A stretch of DNA of 50,150 bases from Candidatus Nomurabacteria bacterium (GTDB taxonomy: Bacteria > Patescibacteriota > Minisyncoccia > Phycocordibacterales > UBA9973): contig JADLDV010000031.1 of assembly GCA_020846455.1 (NCBI GenBank), forward strand, positions 1-50,150. Direction: 5' to 3'. Below the pieces are notes generated by a model. The model worked only from the letters and a program-made list of their open reading frames with translations. It did no database searches and was not told the origin of the DNA. The position numbers and the translations under genes are program-made. How positions within the stretch are numbered: the stretch's first letter is position 1; each line of letters opens with the position of its first letter. Shown here one piece after another: positions 19,282 to 27,857 of this stretch.

Positions 19282-20355
19282 TCATGGTGCATTACCAACG
19301 AATTTCAGATACAGAAAATGTTCATGTATTGCTTTCCATATTGTTGGAAAAGAATGATACTCCAGACCAAATTCTTTTGCTGTTTTTTCAACAATTTTTT
19401 GAATTGCAGGATAATGTACATGACTAATCCGAGGAAACAAATGATGTTCCACTTGATAATTGAGTCCGCCAAACAAAAATTCGGCAACCTTACTATCAAC
19501 TGAAAAATCGGCAGTAGTGGCGAGTTGATGTTTTCCAAATGTTTCAAGTTGTGTGTCTTCATTAGGAACAGGTTCGAACAACACACCAGGCATAACATGT
19601 GCTAGTTGGAATATGGTTGCAATGAATAATCCACACACAGCGATAAAAATCGCATATCCAATAAGTGTCGGCACAAATCCATGTACCATTGTTGGAATAA
19701 CAAAGAAAAGTACTACGTGCACTATTTTTGTTATCCAAAAAATAACATGATCCCCTATCTTCATTTTGGAATGAGAAGGAATTTTCTGAACACCAATTTT
19801 TCCTGTGAAATATTTTTTAAAATCTTGAAACCATATCCACCATAGATAGGTCACCATATATGCAAGAGGTGCGTATATATGCTGATATCGATGAAACGAT
19901 TTTACAGGCTGATCTAGATTCGTCCGAATAATTGGAAGTATATCTATGTCCTCATCACGCCCATTAATGTTAGTGTATGTATGGTGATTGATATTATGTT
20001 TCAATTTCCAAAAAAATACAACACATCCCATGAGATTGAGTGTATACCCTGACAACGTATTCCACGTCTGTCTTTTAGAAAAACTTCCATGGGCTCCGTC
20101 ATGCATCACATTGAATCCAATACAAGCAAACAAAAATCCAAGAATTCCCCACAGTTCATAGTGAAACCATCCAGGAGATGTCTTGAGTATTAACACACAA
20201 TTCACTACGGCTAAACTTAGAAAAAATATTGTTTTAAGATATATTTTCCAATTACCAAATTGGGTGTGTTTACTGTGAGCCAAATAATCTTTCACTTGAA
20301 TTTGTAATTCCAAAAAGAACAGATCTTTTTCTTGGGAAAATTGTACTTTTTTCAT
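19282..20355 (-). CDS. membrane fatty-acid desaturase (front-end type, no cytochrome b5 domain)
   Basis: three His boxes 'HDGAHGS', 'HNINHH', 'QVEHHLFP'; Q in box 3 is the front-end desaturase hallmark. Confidence 0.9.
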   Translation of the reverse strand: MKKVQFSQEKDLFFLELQIQVKDYLAHSKHTQFGNWKIYLKTIFFLSLAVVNCVLILKTSPGWFHYELWGILGFLFACIGFNVMHDGAHGSFSKRQTWNTLSGYTLNLMGCVVFFWKLKHNINHHTYTNINGRDEDIDILPIIRTNLDQPVKSFHRYQHIYAPLAYMVTYLWWIWFQDFKKYFTGKIGVQKIPSHSKMKIGDHVIFWITKIVHVVLFFVIPTMVHGFVPTLIGYAIFIAVCGLFIATIFQLAHVMPGVLFEPVPNEDTQLETFGKHQLATTADFSVDSKVAEFLFGGLNYQVEHHLFPRISHVHYPAIQKIVEKTAKEFGLEYHSFPTIWKAIHEHFLYLKFVGNAP

Positions 20356-20451
20356 AGTCTATTTATTTAAGGTAAAAAACATTCTGCATCTATTCTACCA
20401 CAAAAGACTTTCACACATGGACAACGAGTTGTCGTGTAGTACAATATACGT

Positions 20452-20907
20452 ATGGAAAAACATAGTTACTCATGGACTGCACCAGAATTCATATTCAAAG
20501 AAAAAACAGTGGATTGGTATTGGGCAATCGGCATCATCACCGTCTCTTCTGTAATCGCAGCAATCATTTTCAAAAACTATCTCTTTGCAGTACTTCTTGT
20601 CATGGGAGGATTCTCTATTATAATGCTCGGTAAACACAAACCATCTCTCGTTGAGTTTACTATCGACGAAAAATCTATCCACGCAAAAGGATATAAATAC
20701 ATACTTGAAGAACTTAAGGGGTACATGATAGACACTCGTGGAAACAATCTGATAATTGAGACAACTGCAATACTTATGCCTGTAATATTCATTCCTCTTT
20801 CTGAAGATATCGATATGATGATGCTCAAATCTTTTCTTTCAAAGGTAGATCAAAAAGATATCAAAGAGCCACCATTTGAAAAAATCATAGAATTCCTCGG
20901 ATTATAA
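20452..20907 (+). CDS. hypothetical two-TM membrane protein
   Basis: ORF with two adjacent hydrophobic helices, then a soluble domain. Confidence 0.45.
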   Translation: MEKHSYSWTAPEFIFKEKTVDWYWAIGIITVSSVIAAIIFKNYLFAVLLVMGGFSIIMLGKHKPSLVEFTIDEKSIHAKGYKYILEELKGYMIDTRGNNLIIETTAILMPVIFIPLSEDIDMMMLKSFLSKVDQKDIKEPPFEKIIEFLGL

Positions 20908-20948
20908 AACTTGCCAAAACGTCTAAAAACTGTTATTTTATCTCTATT

Positions 20949-21023
20949 GGTCTCGTCGTTCAACGGATAGGACAACAGTTTGCGGAACTGTAAATCCAGG
21001 TTCGATTCCTGGCGAGATCACCA
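20949..21023 (+). tRNA. tRNA-Arg(GCG), CCA encoded
   Basis: manual cloverleaf: anticodon loop TTGCGGA, 4-nt variable loop, T-loop TTCGATT, 3' ACCA. Confidence 0.85.
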
Positions 21024-21036
21024 CGTCGTGAGACAT

Positions 21037-21046
21037 CACGAGGAGC
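21037..21046 (+). repeat. direct repeat CACGAGGAGC (left copy)
   Basis: exact 10-mer also present at 34875-34884. Confidence 0.5.
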
Positions 21047-21071
21047 TTAAAAGCTCTAAAATAAGAGAATC

Positions 21072-21099
21072 AAAAAGCCACCGAATTCGGTGGCTTTTT
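21072..21099. terminator. intrinsic terminator
   Basis: agccaccgaattcggtggct palindrome between an A-run and a T-run. Confidence 0.65.
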
Positions 21100-21139
21100 G
21101 ATTGCTAAATTTAAATATATAAAACTAAAATTCTCTTAG

Positions 21140-21880
21140 TTAAACTGAATTCCACATTATTTCAAATAACTCTCTTTGCATATCGATTGTTCTTTTGTTT
21201 TCAATAACAATTCCCTTTATTGGTTCAGTTAGTTCATGAATGAGCATGCGGCGAGGAATCATAACCAGATTAGTATTAAGTTTGGTAGTCTCTGGTAGAT
21301 ATTTTACTTTAGCATTTATATTCTTTTCAAACTTTTTGAACCAGTCACCAGCTTCATTATGCTGAACTAAAATACGGAGATTTATATTTAATTTCGCTCT
21401 TCGAGAAAAGAAATCTTCAAAAAATTTCTGATCTAATGGTAAAAGTTTGTCCATATTTCCAATAACAGAATAATCCTCGTGTGGTTTGATATCACGAATC
21501 ATGGATTCATAGACAGATTTAATGCCTTCCATTCCTTCGAAGTAACGGATAAAACCTCCGTCATCTTGTGCATTTTGCATGGCTTGAAGTTGAGGTAATA
21601 ACGTTTTGAATTTATTTTTCTTAAGTTCCAAAACTTCTTCCAATTTCTCTGGACGTTCAGCAACAAATTTTTTCTTAAAACCATGAAGCTCTGTAGACAC
21701 AAGACCTCGAGCTTGTAATGATTCAAGGACTGTATAGACTGTTGGACGCTTAATTTCAGTTGTTCTAGCAATACTGAGTGCCGTCGTAGAACCAAGACCA
21801 AGACAGGCTAAGTACACCCGTGCCTCATTTTCTGTAAGTCCAATATCCTTAAGAATTTCAATTGTTTGATTTTTGTTCAT
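21140..21880 (-). CDS. TrmB-family transcriptional regulator
   Basis: N-terminal 'LGLTENEARVYLACLGLGSTTALSIARTTEIKRPTVYTVLESLQARGLV' wHTH. Confidence 0.8.
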   Translation of the reverse strand: MNKNQTIEILKDIGLTENEARVYLACLGLGSTTALSIARTTEIKRPTVYTVLESLQARGLVSTELHGFKKKFVAERPEKLEEVLELKKNKFKTLLPQLQAMQNAQDDGGFIRYFEGMEGIKSVYESMIRDIKPHEDYSVIGNMDKLLPLDQKFFEDFFSRRAKLNINLRILVQHNEAGDWFKKFEKNINAKVKYLPETTKLNTNLVMIPRRMLIHELTEPIKGIVIENKRTIDMQRELFEIMWNSV

Positions 21881-22023
21881 AATGTCATTATTTTTGACAA
21901 CAAGTATATCTTGTAATATATAGTTATTTTTTATATTTTAACATATCTATCTAACATATGTGACTATATTGACATATATACATATAATTGTAAAGAAGTA
22001 AGTTATTTAAAAACAACAAAACA

Positions 22024-22704
22024 ATGATAAAAATGGAAGAAACAGTAAGACAAAGTGGTAAATCCCACTATCACATCCATTTCGATGGAAAAGTTATATC
22101 GCCCAAACTGGAATCATGGGCAATTCAAGAAAAGGGTTTTTGGTGGGATAACTTTCTCACAAGTGACGGAGTACGTAATTATGCACCAGATAGACATTTA
22201 ACATTTAAACCTAAGACAGGTCGCGAGTTCAAAATGCTCTGTAATGAAATCAAAGATTATCTAAAATCTAATCCTAATGAATTAATCGGTTATCTCGAAT
22301 GTGAGCATATAAAAAACCGACAGATTATTCCATGGAAAGAATTTGATCCGTCCATTAAATTTCCTTTTTTATTGAAAACAACCACTTTAAAACCTGGAAC
22401 ATTTAGGGAAAGCGAAATCCATGTTTCCCTCAGTAAAGGTGATTCTGATCCTCGATTACTGGAGAATTTTGAAAAAGGAGGCTTCTTTACTGCCTTTACC
22501 GAAAGAGATCATGGAGTCAATATAGTATTTACGACCCAAGGACACAGGAAGGACATAGCAAAGATTTGGGAAATGCTCGCTAATTATCTTTTGATAGCTG
22601 GCGGAGGTAAACATTGTCACATGAAAGAAGAGCGCATAACACAATACTGGGTTTCATCACCTGACTATCCTCTTCCTCCTATTGTCAGTAAAATACTAAT
22701 TTAA
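22024..22704 (+). CDS. hypothetical protein
   Basis: 226-aa ORF, no recognisable motif. Confidence 0.45.
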   Translation: MIKMEETVRQSGKSHYHIHFDGKVISPKLESWAIQEKGFWWDNFLTSDGVRNYAPDRHLTFKPKTGREFKMLCNEIKDYLKSNPNELIGYLECEHIKNRQIIPWKEFDPSIKFPFLLKTTTLKPGTFRESEIHVSLSKGDSDPRLLENFEKGGFFTAFTERDHGVNIVFTTQGHRKDIAKIWEMLANYLLIAGGGKHCHMKEERITQYWVSSPDYPLPPIVSKILI

Positions 22705-22756
22705 TTTTACTGACAATAAAAAGCTATACCTAAATTAATCGGTATAGCTTTTTTTA

Positions 22757-24034
22757 TTAAAGCACAATATTTACTTGCTTATTACTTAAAATAATTTTAC
22801 TCTTCAAACATCCGATCAATTCCCTCTTTTCAAAAGTCGTTCCGTTTCTTAGAACATGTTTTGCATAGTTTCGTATATCTACATCAGCAACTTTTATCGT
22901 TTCTCCCTTAATTCCAAGTATTCCTACATTGAATTGCTTGTGTCGCTCAATCTCTGTTTTGATCTTTTCTTTCATACCAATTTCATCAAGGTGGATTGTG
23001 TCAATTAATTCAGTGAGTTTTTCAACAAGGTCTTCTTCTCGTAGATATCCCCCTTTGCAATGCTTATCTGCACTTTTACAACAAGTGTAATAAATATACC
23101 TGTGAACGTTTCCGTTCTTTTGTTTCTTAAATTTCTCATCCGCAGTTATTCCAGATCCACATAGTCCGCAAGTCATAACTTTAGTGAATGCAAATTCTTT
23201 GCTTTGGTTTGTTATGATGTGCTCTGAAATTTGTTCCTGCACTCTATCAAAAAGTTCCTTGGTTATGATTGGTGTATGTTTGCCTTGATACCACTTGCCA
23301 CTACCTCTTGGGTATTCAAATGAGCCATAGTAAAACGTTGTCCGTAGAGTAAGGTATATGTTACCGAGTGATAAAAATTTTCCGTTTTTTGTTTTAAATT
23401 TCACTTCGTCTTTGAGCCATATGTAGAGTCGTTTTCCACTCATCTTTTAATACGCTACTTTTTCAAACATTTGTTTTATTATCGGTGCCCTGTGTGGATC
23501 AATAAATACCTGGCACTTCTGATCTGTTCTATTGCTGTTTACATATCCTGTAGGTGCAGTTGTTGGCCATAATCCCATTTCTACTCGTGCTCGTAATCCT
23601 CGTTTAATATTGATCATTCGATTATCGTTTTCAAGCTTTGCTTGAGATCCGAGAATCATTAAAAGAAATTTCTCATTCGGATTGTTGGTGAATCTTTGAC
23701 TGAAGGTTCGGATTTCAATCAGTAGCTTCTGATCCATCATATCAACCACTGCCCCAAGATCCCCTGCGTTTCTCGATAACCGATCTGGTGCCCAAGTTAA
23801 GATAGCATTGAATTTTCCTTGCCTGATTTCAGACAACAATTCATTATAAATTGGTCGTTGTCCAACTTCTTTTGAGGAATGAGATTCTCGTTTAATTTCT
23901 ACAATGTTCAGTTTTTCTCGTTCTGCTAATACAAGCATTTCATTCACTTGCGATTCAATGGAAAGTGCTTGTTTATCATCCTGCTCCATGGATTTTCTGG
24001 CGTATAAACAATATCTTATTTGATTTTCTTCCAT
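22757..24034 (-). pseudogene. large serine recombinase interrupted by one in-frame TAA (ORFs 23447-24034 and 22757-23443)
   Basis: resolvase domain 'YARKS...LTWAPDRLSRN', then recombinase and Cys-rich zinc-ribbon domains; the two ORFs share one frame, separated only by TAA-AAG. Confidence 0.75.
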
Positions 24035-24141
24035 ACTATATTAATGACAGACTGGTGGGTGGTGCATAGTCTATGCAGAAGTAGAAATACATCCCATACT
24101 CATATAGTATATTTACAAAATATGAGCTTGTCGGTGCAAAT

Positions 24142-24178
24142 AAAGACAAACCACAGAATTTATCTGTGGTTTGTCTTT
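24142..24178 (-). terminator. terminator hairpin after the methyltransferase gene
   Basis: perfect 16-bp stem aaagacaaaccacaga/tctgtggtttgtcttt with a 5-nt loop. Confidence 0.65.
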
Positions 24179-24857
24179 ATTTTTTTCTTGCTCGATAAAT
24201 AAAATATGCTGGGTAGTTTTCTCCATCAACATGCTCAATTACTGGACCATCATTACACTCTTCAAGATATTCTTCGATCTGAAAGTGTTTGAAGAAATAG
24301 TCCGAAAAATAATCATTCATAGTATGACTGTATTCCTGAAGTGGTAGCATGTGATTATATATCCACGATGTAACAATTTCCTTTTTGAAATAATCCCGGG
24401 GCTTCTCTGTTTTTTCCAAGAAGTGACGCATTGGATGTGTCGTGAGGATAAGAAAATATCCTCCTGTTTTTAATACTCGATTTACCTCTTTGTAGAAAGG
24501 TTCTATATCTTCAAATCCTTGCGGTGCATATTTTGAGACCACAATATCGAAACTGTTATCTTCATACGGAAGTGCCTCAGCATATCCAACCTTAACCTTA
24601 TCTTCACCAAGACGATCATTCGCAATCTCAACTTCTTTTTCAGAAGCATCAACACCCCACACATCACACTTCATACCATCTCGATAATGTTGAAGGTCGT
24701 GCCCAGTTCCTGATGCAATATCGAGGAGTTTTTTTTCATTCGTTTCAAACTTAAAGAATGAATAAAAACTTTTTCTGCTTAACTGATCGTACTTCATAGT
24801 GTCTCGGTCATGTTCTTCAGACCAATTATTATATTGTTTTGATGTTATTTCTTTCAT
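24177..24857 (-). CDS. class I SAM-dependent methyltransferase (small-molecule type)
   Basis: 'LLDIASGTGHDL' motif I, 'FDIVVSKYA', 'LKTGGYFLILT'; start trimmed to the ATG at 24857. Confidence 0.8.
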   Translation of the reverse strand: MKEITSKQYNNWSEEHDRDTMKYDQLSRKSFYSFFKFETNEKKLLDIASGTGHDLQHYRDGMKCDVWGVDASEKEVEIANDRLGEDKVKVGYAEALPYEDNSFDIVVSKYAPQGFEDIEPFYKEVNRVLKTGGYFLILTTHPMRHFLEKTEKPRDYFKKEIVTSWIYNHMLPLQEYSHTMNDYFSDYFFKHFQIEEYLEECNDGPVIEHVDGENYPAYFIYRARKK

Positions 24858-24861
24858 ATAT

Positions 24862-25446
24862 TTATATGAATCTTTTGGTAACCTTCGACCGCTCTTTTCC
24901 TGAAGAAAATTGGACAAGCACTTTTGGTTTAATGCCTGTTTCTTTTTCAATTCGCTCGACACCACCGTAATCTGTTTTTTCTGCAACCGAGACTACGTCG
25001 ACTACTTCAATACCGTTATTTCGTAGAAGTTCGATCATTGCGATAACTGTTCCACCAGTGTCGATAATATCTTCAACGATAATTGCTTTCTTTCCGTCAA
25101 AATCTTTAATCCCATTAAGGAAGAGTTTTCCGTTAGTATATGCATTTCTGAATCCAATTGATATTTCACCTTCAAGACCGGTCGGATTCCATTTTGTTAA
25201 AGTAAATGGCTTCTTTTGTGTATATGCCATTAGTGCACAAAGATACCCACCACGATCCTCTTCTCCAATCAGAACATCAGCTTTGGTAAAATCTACCTGT
25301 TCTGACATCTCTTCTGAGATTTGTTCTAATAGTTCTGGTTTTGTAATCGGAATATGATCTGTTAGTGAATTAATGCAATATCGTTTATTTGAAACAATAA
25401 CAATTTTTTGATTATTAAATGTTTCTTCTATATAATCTTTATCCAT
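24862..25446 (-). CDS. type I phosphoribosyltransferase (adenine/purine PRT-like)
   Basis: 'KKAIIVEDIIDTGGTVIA' PRPP-binding loop; collinear with the APRT layout. Confidence 0.85.
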   Translation of the reverse strand: MDKDYIEETFNNQKIVIVSNKRYCINSLTDHIPITKPELLEQISEEMSEQVDFTKADVLIGEEDRGGYLCALMAYTQKKPFTLTKWNPTGLEGEISIGFRNAYTNGKLFLNGIKDFDGKKAIIVEDIIDTGGTVIAMIELLRNNGIEVVDVVSVAEKTDYGGVERIEKETGIKPKVLVQFSSGKERSKVTKRFI

Positions 25447-25500
25447 ATAGCCTAATCTTAATCTAATTTTGACATATTGTCATAAATATTGTATAAAAGT

Positions 25501-25533
25501 ACTACATAGTAAACAAGTTGTTTACTATGTAGT
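25501..25533. promoter_or_regulatory. perfect 16-1-16 palindrome, candidate operator in a divergent promoter region
   Basis: actacatagtaaacaa-g-ttgtttactatgtagt between the PRT start (25446) and the wHTH ORF start (25548). Confidence 0.5.
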
Positions 25534-25547
25534 ATACTTAGATACAT

Positions 25548-26372
25548 ATGCTATTAAGTGCACAGCCAAATATAGAAGAGTTAATAGTCGATCTTCTTGG
25601 AGATGGTCCACACGACAGCCTCGTCTTACTTGAAAAGATGCAGAAGAAAAATCCTATTACAAAACAGGGATTTTATCGTGCATTACGAGTACTTTTAAAG
25701 GAAGAAATTGTAACCAAAAATAAACAGCTTGTATTACTCAATCCCCTATGGGCGGGAAGAATTCAAAAATTTGTTGAACGAATACATACCATTTCAACAC
25801 CAAAAGAATATGAGAATTTATTTCGCCTACAAGATGGTGATACTATGGTATTACGATTTAAATCTATTATCGATCTTTATATACTTTGGAATCATTATTT
25901 TTTCATATTTTGTCAAAAGACTGATGGTCCTGTTGTATTTTTCAATTCTCATAACTTCTGGGCACTAATTCGTTCTGATATTGAAAATGAAATGTATGCA
26001 TGGATAAAAAGTAACGATAAGAAAGCATATAGTGTGATCGGACATACTACTCCACTTGATCGAACAACATCAGATTACATAAAAAAAGATTATGGGATTG
26101 AACTTGCGTATGAGGATACCCCTTCGATCAGAGAAACTGTATTCCCCGCTGTCTTTGGAGACTATATTATGTCAACGATACTTGATGTAAATACTGTTCG
26201 TGCAATAGATAATTTATATCAAAAACATAAAAAATGGGAACCTGGAGTACAAAAAGAACTTCAAACTATTATTTCTCAAATAAAGCGTTCCAAAGTAGTG
26301 ATCGAACGTAATAAGAAGAAGGCGGAAAAAATACGTAAAAAACTGATGGGATATTTTTTGTTTTATAAATAA
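25548..26372 (+). CDS. hypothetical protein with probable N-terminal winged-helix DNA-binding domain
   Basis: 'LLEKMQKKNPITKQGFYRALRVLLKEEIV' wHTH-like; the rest is unassigned. Confidence 0.4.
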   Translation: MLLSAQPNIEELIVDLLGDGPHDSLVLLEKMQKKNPITKQGFYRALRVLLKEEIVTKNKQLVLLNPLWAGRIQKFVERIHTISTPKEYENLFRLQDGDTMVLRFKSIIDLYILWNHYFFIFCQKTDGPVVFFNSHNFWALIRSDIENEMYAWIKSNDKKAYSVIGHTTPLDRTTSDYIKKDYGIELAYEDTPSIRETVFPAVFGDYIMSTILDVNTVRAIDNLYQKHKKWEPGVQKELQTIISQIKRSKVVIERNKKKAEKIRKKLMGYFLFYK

Positions 26373-26509
26373 AATAATCCTTTATTACTGAAATAACAAT
26401 ATTATCTTGTTGGTAACTCCCCCTCTGACATTTCCCTATACTGCGATACAATAACCTAGAATAATAGCTATATATCTGCTATTATTTACATACAAATCAA
26501 TAAGAAATA

Positions 26510-26652
26510 AGTAGCCTAAACCTTTGGAAACAAAGGCATGGTGAAGAAGTCTTGTACAGCATGAAGAACCCATCATATGGGGTTGCTGTACAAGCCGTAC
26601 CTGGAAACGGGTATGGAGGACTCCTGTCCTCACCTATGTGGTGGGCTTTTTG
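26510..26652 (+). ncRNA. candidate structured RNA / cis-regulatory leader with terminator
   Basis: GC-rich patch with four back-to-back hairpins (two GAAA tetraloops, one 11-bp stem), then a stem plus T-run that overlaps the last hairpin. Confidence 0.35.
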
Positions 26653-26693
26653 CGTCTCATCCATGGGTATCATAAAACGCAAAAGTAACATAT

Positions 26694-27308
26694 ATGACCA
26701 ATGAAATAATCTACATACTGACGAACGAGGCAATGCCCGGATACGTCAAAATTGGAAGAACGACAACAAGTCTTGAACAGAGAGTGAAGGAATTGAGTTC
26801 TTCTACTAGTGCACCATTACCATTTACTTGTTTTTACGCCTGTACGGTTAAAGATTCAGTATTTGTCGAACACCAATTACATGATGCGTTCGATACCATC
26901 CGAGTGAATCCGAGACGAGAATTTTTTCAGATCTCGCCGGAACGTGTCGTGTCCGCGCTGAAGCTTGCCGAACTTGAAAACATTACACCAAAGAAAGATC
27001 TCATCGAAGAAGACGAGGATCGTAAAGCAGTTGAACAAGCGATTAAAAAGCGCTCTCGATTCAACTTCGGAATGGTCGATATTCCAATTGGTGCAGAACT
27101 AACATTCAGTCGGGATGAGAATATCAAAGCAAGAGTTATCGATCTCAAATCAGCGAAATCAATTGAATGTGGTGGTGAAGTAACGAGCTTGTCAGAAGCC
27201 GCACGAAAGATCCTTGGATATAATCAAAGTGTTGCAGGAACAGACTACTGGATATATGACGGCGAAACACTAGATGAACGACGCCGAAGATTCGAGAATC
27301 ACGAGTAG
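26694..27308 (+). CDS. T5orf172/GIY-YIG-like domain protein
   Basis: 'IYILTNEAMPGYVKIGRTT..LEQRVKELSSS' N-terminal motif. Confidence 0.7.
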   Translation: MTNEIIYILTNEAMPGYVKIGRTTTSLEQRVKELSSSTSAPLPFTCFYACTVKDSVFVEHQLHDAFDTIRVNPRREFFQISPERVVSALKLAELENITPKKDLIEEDEDRKAVEQAIKKRSRFNFGMVDIPIGAELTFSRDENIKARVIDLKSAKSIECGGEVTSLSEAARKILGYNQSVAGTDYWIYDGETLDERRRRFENHE

Positions 27309-27857
27309 TTACTGATTCCTCATATTCCTTCTCTGAACAAGCTCCTTCATCCTTTCTCTTTCTGTAGGTTTCGTATTTTGATGTTCTTGATACTCAGTCC
27401 TACGATGTGCGTTTTTCTTGAAAAGCTCTTTGATTCTTTTCCTTTCCTGTATGTATTCCTCGTCATGTTGTATTAGTTCTGTATATGCATCTGATTCCAT
27501 TCGAAGGAGTTGACTCCGTTCTTTTACTCTTTGCCGATGTAGAATGATATCATCCGAATCATACTTCACGACAAATGGTCTTCTGAAATCAGGGTGTTTA
27601 TGGCTAAGCCAATACTTGGTATACATAGGGTCACCCTTCTGGATTCCGTTTAACACGTTACTGACAGCGATATCATTTACAACACCAGTACCAAGTGACA
27701 GTGCTTCGTTGACCTGCTCAGCAAATCTCGTATCTTCTTTCGCCCAACGATAGAACGTGTTTCTGGATATGCCGACTTTCTCGCATACAGCTTGTATCAG
27801 AGGAGTGCGCTCGAGTTCTTCAAGAAGTTTTTTAATTGTGCGAGGAGTTTTCTTCAT
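27309..27857 (-). CDS. HTH DNA-binding protein, phage terminase small-subunit-like
   Basis: 'VCEKVGISRNTFYRWAKEDTRFAEQVNEA' HTH at the N-terminus, basic C-terminus. Confidence 0.45.
   Translation of the reverse strand: MKKTPRTIKKLLEELERTPLIQAVCEKVGISRNTFYRWAKEDTRFAEQVNEALSLGTGVVNDIAVSNVLNGIQKGDPMYTKYWLSHKHPDFRRPFVVKYDSDDIILHRQRVKERSQLLRMESDAYTELIQHDEEYIQERKRIKELFKKNAHRRTEYQEHQNTKPTERERMKELVQRRNMRNQ

Noticed and set aside
24035-24060. Shared leader motif (GTCATTA[A/G]T, about 10-15 nt before the ATG) upstream of both recombinase paralogs
   Set aside because: It probably just reflects common ancestry of the paralogous modules, and it is too short to call a regulatory site.
24858-24986. 43-aa N-terminal extension of the methyltransferase ORF overlapping the PRT gene by 125 nt
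   Set aside because: The internal ATG at 24857 leaves a 4-nt gap to the PRT stop and keeps the whole methyltransferase fold.
24862-26372. Retron-type (RT + PRTase + wHTH) defence system
   Set aside because: There is no reverse transcriptase ORF anywhere in the window, and no msr/msd-like inverted repeats next to the PRT. Only the PRT/wHTH resemblance remains.
26436-26733. Two overlapping minus-strand ORFs (65 and 78 aa) across the GC-rich intergenic patch
   Set aside because: They overlap each other and the start of the T5orf172 gene, have no motifs, and coincide with stacked hairpins. The region is better explained as structured RNA.
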